A stretch of DNA of 64,000 nt from Octopus bimaculoides (Eukaryota): assembly GCF_001194135.2 (NCBI RefSeq), contig NC_068990.1, positions 32,653,583 to 32,717,582 of the forward strand, read 5' to 3'. The notes under the pieces are model-generated. The model did not search any database. It was not told the DNA's origin and worked only from the letters and a program-made list of their open reading frames with translations. The translations under genes were made by a program, and so were the position numbers. Positions 1-12,533 of this stretch are shown here, in pieces. Every line of letters starts with the position of its first letter. Within the stretch, counting starts at the first letter, position 1.

Positions 1-136
1 CATAAAAAGAAGGAAACATCACATATTTATACCTCACACATCTAGCTGTCTCAGGAAGTATTACTGTCTTGAAATGTCTCAGTAGCATAAACCTCACAAG
101 GAATCCAAACTGGGGAGATTAAACATCAAAGTAATA

Positions 137-326
137 TTGCTTTCAGGTTTTGGCACAGGTATAGAAATTTCATGGAAGGGATAGGTCGATTAGATCGACC
201 CCAGTGCTCAAATGGTACTTATTTTATCGAATCCAAAAGGATGAAAGGCAAAGTTGACCTTGGCAGAATTTGAACTCAGAATGTAAAGATGGATGAAATG
301 CCACTAAGCATTTTGCCTGGCATGCC
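137..326 (-). mobile_element. tRNA-derived SINE family B (Meta-domain-like), degraded
   Basis: Reverse complement contains TTCTGAGTTCAAATTCTGCCAAGGTCAACTTTGCCTTTCATCCTTTTGG..GATAAAATAAGTACC, which is shared with many copies in the window. Confidence 0.8.
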
Positions 327-1431
327 TTAAACATCAAGGTAATATTATTCATGGATATGGATTTTCAAACATCATATTTTTATAGAATAAACATAAACAT
401 CTGTTTTGCTGGTTCCAACCAGTAGATTGTGGTCATGTTGAAGCACCATAATTTCTGAGACTTAAAGTAAGGAATACTAGATGTTGTAAATAATAATTTC
501 AATGTGTTTCTACATTGTGCTAGGTGCAATGTTAAGACATAACACATATATTTAAATTAATTACAAGAAAATACAACACATTTTATAATCGATTTACGCA
601 TAGCACAAAAATTTTCTTATTTTATATAAAAAGTTATGCCCAAAACTCGTACAGAATACAAAATGACCAGAATTAGTGACTAAGCGAGGCTGTCAAGTCA
701 ATGAGATCTAATTCCAGAATTTGGTTAAAAGTTATGATAGGAACCATAAATTATGGAAATATGATATTACAAATGACTTGGCATTTTCAAATTATTTCTC
801 AGAAATGAAAGAAAGAAAAAAAAAACAAAACATGCCAGTAAAGTATAGACATCACAAAACCAATTCTTCAAAACAAATGAGAACCAACCATTTTAAAGGA
901 GTTAACACATACTTCCATTTCCTTTAATGATTTCGTTTTATCATCATCTCTCTCTTTGTTTGCTATCTTTCCCCTTTATCTTGTTAGATAATTACAAGAT
1001 ATTAACAAGGAAGGTCGTTGTGTGCTAGACATATTAGGCACCTTCAGGTACAGCTGTAAATTTCACACAAAGGTTAACTTTTGATCATCTTGCTGAAATA
1101 ACGATTAAGTTAATCACCTTTATGTAAAGCTCTTCTGATAGCAACTACTCTAATTGTACTGTCTAATTTGTTGAGTTTCACCGCTTTCTTATTCTTGTAT
1201 GTTTAGTTTTTGTTCCACATCCTTCTTTCAATTAACGGTTTGAAGAATTAAATTCCTTTCTTTTGAAAACAGCAAACAGTAGAGTTGCTTAAGATCTTTA
1301 CATCTTTGGCAAAATTAATTTTTATCAATTGGAAATATTAATTTTGATTAAAACCCAATGATTAGCCTTAATGTTGCATGTGTGTCCCTGTGTATGTGTG
1401 CATCTATGTGCATTCATTGAGTGTATGTATT

Positions 1432-1474
<43 letters not shown>

Positions 1475-4372
1475 TTGTGTATGAATACATGTGTGTATGT
1501 GTGTATGAATGCTTGTATGCCGTTGTGTATCTGTGCATATATGTGTGTGTATGCATGCCTGTATGTACGTATGTTTATGTATGGGTATACATCTTCGAGT
1601 GAGTGTAAATTATGTTTGACATACTCTAATGTGTGAGTAACTATGTATTGTGTGGAAATGTATTAAACCAATGTGTGTATGTGTGTATGAGTGTAAGCAG
1701 AAAGCTTTGCATGTGCTAATACATAGGCATGTTTCTCACGTATCCTTGTGTACATGTGACTTTATGTAGACATGTTCCCCTGTGTACAGGCAGGTGCCTG
1801 TATGTCTTTGTAGTGGGGAATGATCTGACATGTGAATTAAGGTTTTTTTTTATTTACTTTAAGTGTGTGCATGCATACACACACACACACACATACATGT
1901 GTCTGTTGTGTGTATATGTTTCAATACATTTGGTTTTGTTCACTGATTGAAGATAATTTGCCTCAATTGTATCATGAATGCACTTAAGAAAGGCATAAAC
2001 GTCACAAAACTTTATTCATCACCCCCTTTCAATGTGGGTTTAATATTGGGTATTCTTGATGTCATAGGAGATCAACAGAAAAGAAAATATCTTACCTAAA
2101 ACAAGGGAGAGAAACTTGCTTCATTTGACTGGTAGACAACTAATGTTATTTCTTACAATGAATGTGAGCTAGGTGTAACTCTAAATATATATATATCTAA
2201 TACCTTCTAACAGGTATCTGTATTAGCATGCACACATGCAGAAAGGCATCTATATTGCTATTTAGCTTAGAAAATTATATTTTATTTCACAAACAAAATC
2301 TAGCTGTAATTTTTAAGTAATTAACTAGACATAGATATTGCATGTCAATTATTCATATTCAGTAAGATAGAATTCCTTTTAAAATCAGGAACAGCTTTTT
2401 TCAGTCTTTACCACATCTCTGTGAAAGAATATTGCCCTGTCTTTCTCAGAAACATGTACATTTTCTCTGTTTTACATGAACAATTATTTGTTTTACCAAT
2501 TAAGCAGTATAAATTCAACGCAAAGCATAGCCAATAGGTGAAAATGGTGAAGATGGGGATAATGAAGACGACGATGATGATTATGATGATGATGATGATT
2601 TCATCTTATTGGCTAAGTTTCCAAAAAATGTTCATTGATTCTGATAGATACAGTCTCAACATTACCAAACAATCACAAAAAATTTCTTTTCTTCCAATAA
2701 GCATAACTTATTATTATTCTAAACTTTCTTAGATTAATTAAAAGTGTATGAAATATTTTAACAGTGAAACACAATGTTTATATTTTGTTAATTGAAATAA
2801 TTGGAGGTTTCGAAGTCTAATTGATTAATGTGTTGGAAATATAAATAAATTTTATAAAATTGGCAATAATGTTATCAAATTCTTTTTAATACTGAAAATT
2901 TTACTTTCATATATTTTCACTTAGGTTAGATAATTTTAAATGTACCTGCAAATGCCTTAAGCACATTTTACTCTATATTTGTGCAGAAAACACCTGTCAT
3001 ATTCAATACTAGATTCAGCCTTGTGTTATAACTACCATGTTAATATCATTCCATCACATCCCACTAAAAAGACTTTCTCATGATATAAAATCTTTATTTC
3101 ATTATGAACAAGGATCCGACATATACCATTTTCTTTTTGTTACACCAAACTGTGCTTCAGTTTGGCAATATTCTATACAGCGCCATAATTTCTAATATGA
3201 TCATCATGATTTGGAATGTCTAATAACCAAGGGAGGTATTTCTGCAGGGTCAAAATCTGATAATTTTAAATGTAGCGTCTTTGTAACTGACCAACATGCA
3301 CTGCCAGAGGCAATTTGTTTCCAGCGAGAAGGCTGGATAATATATTAATTCTTGTAAAATGGAGGTAATGAAGAGCAATGCTGGAGACATAACCTATGTG
3401 TCAGTAATGATTAACTCTAAGTTATGGATAAGTTCTCCTACTTTTGACCTAACCTTCAGCTCTCACTGTAAGTACATGTGATTAATAGAAAACCTCAGAA
3501 TTATACTACAATTAGAAATTGGCCAATAACATAAACGAATTTCAAAAGCCATTTATATAAAATTTTAATTAAAATATAAAAATAGTTTTGGAAATAACAA
3601 GATGGTTTTTAATGAAAAACAGTTAATATAGATTAATTTTACATATTCTTATTAAAAAAATTATAATGAATGGCGACAGGTTTTTTCATTAGTATGCTAT
3701 TTAATTTTGTGTGTGTGTAAACATAACCAGTGTTGTTGTACAGGTTGTTAATGAGATCATATATAATGGAGAACTTTAACGTTTCCTTAGGCTAGATATG
3801 AGTCACATGTATTCTCAGTCAGGCGTACACACCTTGTAAATGTTTAGTTACAGAATACAATGTCAAAAAGTAATTAGAATCTAATTTAATGTTACACTAC
3901 TCAACAGCTAACATCCTATTTAGCCAATAAACTTGGATTTTATAAACCAAAACAAAATTCACAGCAAAACCAAACTGTTGTTATTTAACCCTAGGTCAGT
4001 TTTGGTCTAGAAGACTCATGATCAAGATGAATCACTTGTGGACCTCCCCATTCTTTTGTCAGACATAGTGTAGCTAGTCTGTATGTGTTACATGCTGCAA
4101 TATGCACTCCCTTTTTTAGGCTGTTACTTCTAGAAGGTCAAGCAACCACTAAAAGGCTCCTTCATTAACTTATTTACAAAATGAATTATGTCTGTAAGGG
4201 AAATCTATAATTGGTTTGCTTAATTTCACTAAATTTGGTTGAACAATGGTTATTCTGTCAATGATTTCAAAGCATAGAATATTTTTGCTGTGAGGTTAAA
4301 TTGAACTATTACAATGGGGTTCATATTATAGCCACTGTTGCATGTCCCAATGTCACATAAATCAGTTTACTC

Positions 4373-4700
4373 CAATGGCTCAGTGGTAAGAGCACTGGGC
4401 TCACAATCATGAAGTAGTGAGTTTGGTTCCCAGATTAGACTGTGTGTTGTGTTCTTGAACAAAACACTTTATTTCAGATTGCTCCAGTTCACTCAGCTGT
4501 AGAAATGAGTTTTGAGGTCACTGGTGCCAAGCTGTATCGGTCTTTGCCCCATGGGTAACATCGATGGTGTGGAGAGAGGAGGCTGGTATGTGTGAGTGAC
4601 TGGTGGTCTTCTATAAACAACCTTGCCCAGACTTGTGTCTCTGAGGGGAACTTTCTAGGCGCAACCCCATGGTCATTCATGACTGAAGGAGGTCTTTACT
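4373..4700 (+). mobile_element. tRNA-derived SINE family C
   Basis: A-box-like TGGCTCAGTGG and degenerate B-box, followed by GTGTTGTGTTCTTGAACAAAACACTTTATTTC. Homologous to 48733-49050 and to the reversed heads at 39085-39378. Confidence 0.75.
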
Positions 4701-6459
4701 CATTATTTACCAAAGCTCCCTCATCACAAGACCAAAGAAAGGAACAGAATTCAATTATTTGATTCTAGAATATTGTTTTTCTGGATAAAACTAACTCTTG
4801 TAAAATTTGAACTCGTAGCAAAGGAAGTGGAAGTAAAAAAGTACAAAGAATTTAGCTGGAACTTTACAGTTGCCACTTTTTTTCACTGCTGAGGCTGACT
4901 CACAGTTAACTAAACTGATAATGTTACACCATCATGATGGTGTATATGATATCAATGATAGTGTCTGTATAATCAGTGTGTGTGTGTGTATGGGGGGCAT
5001 CATCATCATTATTTAACAGCATTGGTTGGGTGGTTTGACAAGAGCTGGCAAGCCAGAGGAGCTGCTCCAGTAGCTGAGACATTTTTTGCTGTCTTTGTTC
5101 TTGTATTTGTTAATAGTTGTCATGAGGAGGTACAGCTGATCACCGTAAGCAGTGAAAGCACTGAATCATTAACAAGCATTTTATTAGTTCATTATTGTGA
5201 ATTTAATATACCCTATGACTTGAATCTATAATGAAATAAAACATCTTACTGTAGTTCATTTTTAACCAATTCCATCACCATAAAATGTTGATTAGATATC
5301 AACTATACAAGCAACCTTAATAACAACAACAATAACAATAATAATGATATTTTCTTTTAATACAAGACAACTGTTTTTCTTTTTATTTAAGTAAGTGTAT
5401 ATAATTAATTGAATTAACAACCGTATTCATTGCTACTTATTTCATTGAGCCTAGAGAGTTAGGTGATAAATCAACCACAGTAGAGTTTCAAATCAGAATA
5501 TTGATTGATGAGATTAAATACTGTAAGGCATTCAAGTACTCTGTTGCTTTTGTTGACTTATTGATGATGATGATGATGATGATAACAACAGTGAGGATGA
5601 TGATATTTCCAAAAGTAATTATCAAGCAAATGGAAATTGATATAATTGATATGAGGAAATAGAGGAAATTTGAAGACCTCGATATTTAAAAATAAAATAA
5701 ACAAAATTGATAAATCGTGTGTGTGTAATTAAATCAAAGAATATAGGGATAAGGTTGGAAATCTACTTTGTTGCTAATGTCACTTTTGTAATTTATTTTA
5801 GCAGGAATTTCTATAGACAGATGAAATATGACTGGAATTATGTGAAATATGAGGTGACAGTGAATTACATAGTGAAATGCTATCTTTGGGTTTTGATGAT
5901 TTCTTCATTTAAAGAACAAGTAATATGACATTAGTTAGCTAAACAGAGATGGGAGTTGGAAGGAAAGAAAGAGGAATTTATGCCAGATAAAGAAGGGGAT
6001 TAATTTCTAGCATATAGGATCGAATCTCAGACTGAAAATAATATATAGTTAGAATTACCAAAGAATGTTAGATTAAAAGAGTGATATCTTGTTTTAAAGA
6101 TATTACAATGTCTACACTGTAAGTTGATAGTGTTATTGTAAAAAGAATAAGATTGTGTTTCTGTCAATTTTACAGGAAATGTCCATGTTTATTAGAGATG
6201 ATATTAACTGGGTTGTCAGATTATCAACAAAATACCTGAAGAATCAATAGTTCACATCCCATGTCTTCCAGAAAATACAACTTTCAATGATTTATAGAAT
6301 CCCCATCAACTGTGAAGACCTGCAGAGATCTGTGTTATGAAGAGTTAATGCCGTAGAAAGAGACAATAGAGAGAAAAAGATCTAATATTTTTGGTTAAAG
6401 TTTTTATAAGAGCATGAAAAAATCTTACTTTGAAACATTAAGATTTCTTTTCTTTACAG

Positions 6460-6551
6460 AGCAAACCAACACATTTCAATTCTGACTTGTCAAAGTCAAA
6501 CCTGGTTAGCAGTAACTTACATAACTGGAAGAAGAGATACAGTTTACTGCT
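6460..6551 (+). other. candidate spliced exon (92 nt)
   Basis: Strong acceptor ATTTCTTTTCTTTACAG (AG ends at 6459) and consensus donor GTAAGT (6552). No ATG inside; two frames are open. No recognisable homology. Confidence 0.25.
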
Positions 6552-6695
6552 GTAAGTAAAAACTGGTACCATATACTTGACATAGGATGTGTTTGTGTCA
6601 TTCAAGGAAGTATTGTCTCTCAACTCCTGCATACTTTGAAGATTAAAACCAGTTTTGTCAAAATTCCAATATAGGTAGATGATGAAATGAAAATT

Positions 6696-6847
6696 AGTGG
6701 CTGTGTGGTAAGTAGCTTGCTTACCAGCTACATGGTTCCTGGTTCAGTCCCACTGTGTGGTATCTTGAGCAAGTGTCTTCTATTATAGCCTTGGGCTGAC
6801 CAAAGCCTTGTGAGTGGATTTGGTAGGCAGAAACTGAAAGAAGCATG

Positions 6848-6908
<61 letters not shown>

Positions 6909-7140
6909 TGTATGTATGTATGTATGTATATGTTCTGTCTTTGTGTGTTTGTCCCCCCACTACCGCTTGACTACTGATGTTAGTGTGTTAACATTCCTGT
7001 AACTTATAAGTTCGGCAATAGAGACCGATAGAATAAGTACTAGGCTTACAAAGAATAAGTCCTGGGGTCGATTTGTTTGACTAAAGGCGGTGCTCCAGCA
7101 TGGCTACAGTCAAATGACTGAAACAAGTAAAAGAATAAAT
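6696..7140 (+). mobile_element. tRNA-derived SINE family A (CORE-like, octopus OR2-like) with internal TA/TATG microsatellite
   Basis: A-box TGGCTGTGTGG, B-box GGTTCAGTCCC, CORE-like CTTGAGCAAGTGTCTTC, central microsatellite, and tail GGCGGTGCTCCAGCATGGCTACAGTCAAATGACTGAAACAAGTAAAAGA. Confidence 0.9.
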
Positions 7141-7479
7141 GAAAAGGAATACAGAATTAGTCATTTGCCATATTAAAAGGTTCATGGAAATGCAGCAGGG
7201 AATAGTTGTATTTATCTGTGCTTTAATGTGGCATTAAATGGACAAAAGACCAAGCTTTCCTATGAATATTGGTCTACCACAGATTAATTCTCGATTGCTA
7301 CAGAGGGAATTCACAGTGTAGCAATATTTCTAATTAATTATATTACTTTACTGAATAAACACTTAACCCAAACTGAGTTAAATGTAATGTCTCTCATGTA
7401 CTAACATTCTTCACAGATCACTTCCCATTCAGTCAAAGTTGAACACATTTATTTACATCGTCATTGTATACTGCAATGC

Positions 7480-7700
7480 CATCAGATACCCATGGTTCTC
7501 ACATTAGAAGCCATCTCAATAGTTGTTCCAAGTAGCTCTGTGTGCCACAGTCACACATGCTGTCATTGGAGGAGCTGCATTCCCATTTACTGAGTGTCAT
7601 TTTGACTCTTCCAACTTTGATTCTCAATCAATCAAGGAATTCCTGCTTTCTCCAATGTATACCCATAGTACCAGGTGGCAGTTGTTTACTTGCCATTGCT
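7480..7700 (-). mobile_element. LINE C-terminal remnant (I-group-type Cys/His knuckle region)
   Basis: Minus-strand translation LPPGTMGIHWRKQEFLD*LRIKVGRVKMTLSKWECSSSNDSMCDCGTQSYLEQLL resembles the LNRLRxGVGRxKxxLxKWG...CxCGxxQTxxHL end of non-LTR RT ORFs. Confidence 0.55.
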
Positions 7701-7755
7701 GTCATTGTTGAGAATGGTAGTCTGTTGGTTATTTCTTTCTACAAAACCATTCTTA

Positions 7756-8360
7756 CTTCATCAGGGCTGACCCATGGTTAAATAATAATAACAACCAAAT
7801 GTCATAGAAAACCACAAATGAACGGCTGGCAGGAAAAAAGAAAGATCAGAGAGCAGTCAACAACAGCTGGAGCCAGCATTTTTTTCAAAGACCAGGAGCT
7901 GCTGAAGTATTCTGATTCCCTATTGACGTCAATAACTGCCGAGGAGAGTCACATTTAAAGAAGTATTATCCTTGACTTCAGATGACTTTCAATTGTGATT
8001 GCTTCAAAGTAAGTCATTCATCAACCTACTGTATTGACATCAATAAGACATAACTTTAGTAACTTCTGGGGTACTTTAGTAACTTCTGGGGTACTTTAGT
8101 AACTTCTGGGGTACTTTAGTAACAACAGCTTCATGGTCCCAGAAGTAACTGACATCAATAGGACAGTGAGAATACTTCAGCAGCTCATGGTTTTTGAAAA
8201 AAATGCTGGTTCCAGCTGTTATTGACTGCTCTATTATAATCTTTCTTTATTCCTGCCAGCAGTTCATTTGTGGTTTTTTTACAAATGAACTGCTGAGAGT
8301 TCAGTACTGCCACCAAATTGGTTGTTGTTATTATTCAACCCTGGATTAACCCTGGTCAAG
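7756..8360. repeat. nested inverted-repeat (fold-back/MITE-like) element
   Basis: Inner arms 7803-7933 and 8148-8283 are reverse complements with high identity. Outer arms are 7756-7800 and 8316-8360. Internal 20-bp tandem ACTTTAGTAACTTCTGGGGT x3.5 at 8053-8122. Confidence 0.85.
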
Positions 8361-8928
8361 TGCATCTATGATAAAAAAAAAAAAGCATTCCATTTATAAC
8401 CATTTTGTTCCATCACTTATTTAAACACGGTACATCTGGGACTACTTTATCCAATGTATTTGTTAAGTTGGCATGAAGAATCTTAGAGAATATGGCTGGC
8501 CATGTGACCATATATGGCTGGCCATGTGACCATATATAGAGGTTTTTATTGATACATGACATAAATGATAGATGTTCCTGGTGGAAATCATCAAATGTGG
8601 ACCAGCTAGTTTAAGTATCATATATAATGATATTACTGAAATATGTACAAGATAAGGTTAGATGGCATTACTCCATCCTATGACAACCTGAGTAGACATC
8701 TTGTTTTAAAAACACATTAGGTTTCTGTAAGAGTGTACTTGTCATGTCCTACTTCAAAACACCTATACCGCTAAGAAAGAAATAGCATTAAGATGACGAG
8801 AGACAATTCCCTTCATTGTAGAAAAATACTAATTTGTTACAATGTGAAAGTGGATTCTATTTAATGGGCAAGTAAGCTCAACTAAGAGTTTAACCTCTTT
8901 CTAGGATGGACATATATACATACATACT

Positions 8929-8970
<42 letters not shown>

Positions 8971-9040
8971 NNNNNNNNNNNNNNNNNNNNNNNNNNNNNN
9001 NNNNNNNNNNNNNNNNNNNNNNNNNNNNNNNNNNNNNNNN

Positions 9041-10252
9041 ATATTTTTTCGATAATTCTATTTTTGAATCATTTTTGAATCTATTTTGTTTTTATTCTAG
9101 TTAATTTTAGTTAATTTTTGTTTATTTTCAGATCATTAAAATGGAATGTCAAGTTAAAAAAAACGAGCATTTTCGACACCCACTTCTTTTTGCTTTTAAT
9201 CAAAGTTCTAAGGCCACAAAAGCTGCTCGCAACATTTGTGCTGTGTATGGAGAGGGTGCCATAACTGAAAAAACCGCTCGTGATTGGTATGCCAAGTTCA
9301 AAAATAGAAATTTTGACCTCAAAGATGCACCTTGTTCTGGCCGTCCAGTTGAGTTCGATGAAGAGCAATTAAACCAACTTTTACATGAAAATTCTCATCA
9401 AACGACAAGGGAACTGGCAGAGAAAATGGAATGCTCCGACACTGCTATAGAGAAGCATCTTCTCTGGATGGGAAAAGTTCAGAAGTTTGGAGCATGGGTT
9501 CCGCATGCTTTAGGTTACAACAACAAAAGTCAACGAGCCACAATCTCCGCTGGTTTGCTTCCTCGTCACCACTCAACTCATGGACACAAGCAATGATTTC
9601 TTTATCGAATTGTTACTGGCAACGAAAAATGGTGCCTGTACGTCAATATGAAACAGCATAAGGAATGACTTAGCCCTGGTAAACAAGCGACACCACACGT
9701 GAAACAAGATCTTCATCCATGTAAAACAATGCTATGCGTATGGTGGGACTGGGAAGTGGTTATCCATTACGAATTGCTTGAACAGAACCAAACGGTCAAT
9801 GCAGAACTCTATGTTCAACAGATGGAATAATTCAACACAGCTATTCAAGAGAAAAGACCTAATCGGCAGCATGGAGTTCTTCTGCTACACGGCAACGCCC
9901 ACCCTCATATCGCCAATATGACCAAGGAAGCCATTCAAATGTATGGCTGGGAAGTGCTGCCACACCTGCTGTACTCTTCTGATTTGGCACCAACGGATTT
10001 CTACCTCTTTCGATCTCTTTCAAATGCTCTTTGCGGAGTTTTGTTCAATACTGATGCAGAATTGAGAGCTTGGTTGAATCAATTTTTCGAGTTGAAATCG
10101 AGTGATTTCTACCAACGAAGTATTGAAAATCTTGTTGAATGTTGGCAAGAAGATGTAAACAACATTATTGATTAATTAGTTGTTATTTTTTATTAAACCT
10201 TTTAAAAAATTTTAATTTAAAAAAATGGCAGGAACTTAGTTGCTAACCCAAT
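9041..10252 (+). mobile_element. mariner DNA transposon, mellifera-subfamily-like (Famar1/Ammar1 type), near full length
   Basis: The right TIR reads, as reverse complement, TATTGGGTTAGCAACTAAGTTCCTGCCATTT (about 10222-10253) and resembles the mellifera-type TTGGGTTGGCAACTAAGT. The element is flanked by (TA)n. The left TIR probably lies in the N gap 8971-9040. A transposase frame lies inside. Confidence 0.93.
9141..10175 (+). pseudogene. mariner D,D34D transposase pseudogene (344 codons, 3 in-frame stops, no frameshift)
   Basis: One continuous frame with stops at 9594, 9666 and 9828. Motifs: SGRP, WVPHAL (WVPHEL), IVTGNEKW (IVTGDEKW), LLHGNAHPH (LLHDNARPH), YSSDLAPTDFYLF (YSPDLAPSDYHLF). Two of the three catalytic Asp are mutated. 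Confidence 0.95.
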
Positions 10253-11617
10253 ATATATATATAGGTAAAATATCATAAATATACTGGAGTTAGGATATGA
10301 TTCAGTAAGCCACTCTTTCTCTCTTTCTAATAGAGAGTTGACATTGCATTAAGGGAAAATATATTGGTAAAGAGAAAATATCTTTTATATAGGGGTGAGT
10401 GAGGAAGAAAATGGTGAAGTCTCTTTCAAAGTAATTAACAATGTAAATGAAAAAAAAACTGGTTTTGACCAACAAAACCTGGTGGATAGTTTTAAATCAC
10501 ATGGGAAGATTATCTCTACCTTATAATGGTACTCACCCACACACTGTTAATACAGTGAAACATTCTTTAAAACATTGCACTCTTTGACCTCGAAAATTCT
10601 TCATCTTGCTTCTTTAGATCTTACCATAAGCTCAAATCTCATAAGAGAAGTATACTTCCATTTACCCTTGCAACATAGATATGCACACATTTACAGTCTC
10701 TCTCTCTCTCTCACACACACAAACACATGCACACACACACACTTTCTCTCTCTCAGACACAGATGCAAATATGCACATGCATATACAAACATACATATTC
10801 AAACATATATACATGCATACACCAACACACATGCAACCACTCATATAAACATACACACATATACAACCCCCCTCTCTCCTACACCGAGATTAACATTACA
10901 AGCTCCATCCCAGATAAGCTGCCTTATCATTTGCTGCAAGAGATTCTAATCCAATAAACTCTCAAAGCAAACTAAGTAGGAATCAAATGTCTGAATTCCT
11001 GGTTAAATCCTTGTCTTCAATGTCTTACACTTGCTTAGATAATTGCGAAACAGTTATCTACCATGGAGACCTTATTAACTCAATCAATGTCACTATTTCT
11101 TTAGGAATAACATTGCTTCATTCCACTTGAACCAGGAAACTATTTCCTTATTTTCATTGTTTGTGCTTTTACCTCCATTCTTCATTGTTAGAATAATTTT
11201 TGATGTTATTTATCTAGTTTTATGAAACAATTATTATTATTATTATTTTTTTTTCAATTCTCTATTCTCCTCATTGCAAACCACTAAAGCATGATGTTAA
11301 CAGTAGAAATCTGTTGTTAGTCAGGCAAACTGAGGCAAGCAGAGTTATAGGACTTGCTTAAGGAACTGTAACTCAATGGGAGTAATGAACCTGGAGACAT
11401 TAATCATACCACAGCATTTGATTATTATTGTAATAGTTGTTGTTACTGTTTTTACATTAATAGCAGATAGTTTGTTGGACAGGCTGGAAGGAGAGAAAAA
11501 CAGTAATGAAGTAGTTATGACTCTTCAATATATCTCTGTTGTAAGTTCAATCCTCTCTAAACTGGGTTTTGGCTATCAGCCCCCTTCAGCTGATAAAACA
11601 ATGCCACTAATATCTCA

Positions 11618-11966
11618 TGGCCGTTGCCAGTACCACCTGACTGGCCTTTGTAGGATTTTCGAGCGAGATCATTGCCAGTGCCCCTGGACTGGCTCCTGTG
11701 CAGGTGGCACGTAAAATACACCATTTTGAGTGTGGCCGTTGCCAGTACCACCTAACTGGCCTTCGTGCCGGTGGCACGTAAAAGCACCCACTACACTCTC
11801 AGAGTGATTGGCGTTAGGAAGGGCATCTAGCTGTAGAAACTCTGCCAAATCAGATTGGAGCCTGGTGTAGCCATCTGGTTTCACCAGTCCTCAATCAAAT
11901 CGTCCAACCCATGCTAGCATGGAAAGCAGACTTTTAAACGATGATGATGATGATGATTATGATGAT
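11618..11966 (+). mobile_element. RTE LINE 3' UTR fragment ending in (GAT)n
   Basis: Matches the 3' part of the RTE copy at 19766-20728 (GTTAGGAAGGGCATCCAGCTGTAGAAACTCTGCC...CATGCTAGCATGGAAAGC..GATGATGAT). Confidence 0.9.
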
Positions 11967-12286
11967 CTCATGTGTACACTAACCAGGTCTTCAAGCAAAC
12001 TTAGCTACAAATTTCATATTAGCAATAGAAGCAGCAGCAGCAGGAGTAGCAACAGTAGAAGTAGCACAAGATAGTGTTCTCTATATGATACTTAATGTGG
12101 ATATTCTGTAGAAAACTGTTGTACTTGTCTTGAGAAACCATCTTTTACAAACATGGGGACGTGGCTATCATTTATATGCTACGGAAATTAAATTTTAGCA
12201 GCTTTCTCATGAACTCTTTAAATTCACAAAATTTAACACACCTCTCTGTCTTCCTGTCTGCACAAGCATGATGGATATATATATCT

Positions 12287-12486
12287 CTCTTTTACTTGTT
12301 TCAGTTATTTGACTGCGGCCATGCTGGAACACCGCCTTTAGTCGAGAAAATTGACCCCAGGACTTATTCTTTGTAAGCCTGATACTTATTCTATCGGTCT
12401 CTTTTTGCTGAACCGCTAAGTTACGGGGATGTAAACACACCAGCATCGGTTGTCAAGCGATAGTGGGGGGACGAACACAGACACAA

Positions 12487-12533
<47 letters not shown>

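Noticed and set aside
2987-3468. Acceptor (TTTGTGCAG) and donor (GTAAGT) bracketing 482 nt, plus a minus-strand VGCDG fragment reminiscent of a DNA transposase
   Set aside because: All three plus frames hit stops early, and the transposase resemblance is a single short motif among stops and frameshifts.
5020-5170. Minus-strand open stretch SAFTAYGDQLYLLMTTINKYKNKDSKKCLSYW
   Set aside because: No start codon, weak splice signals and no recognisable family; it runs into an RTE-tail fragment.
6696-6760. tRNA-like heads with A and B boxes considered as tRNA genes
   Set aside because: They lack a complete cloverleaf and continue into SINE bodies present in many copies.
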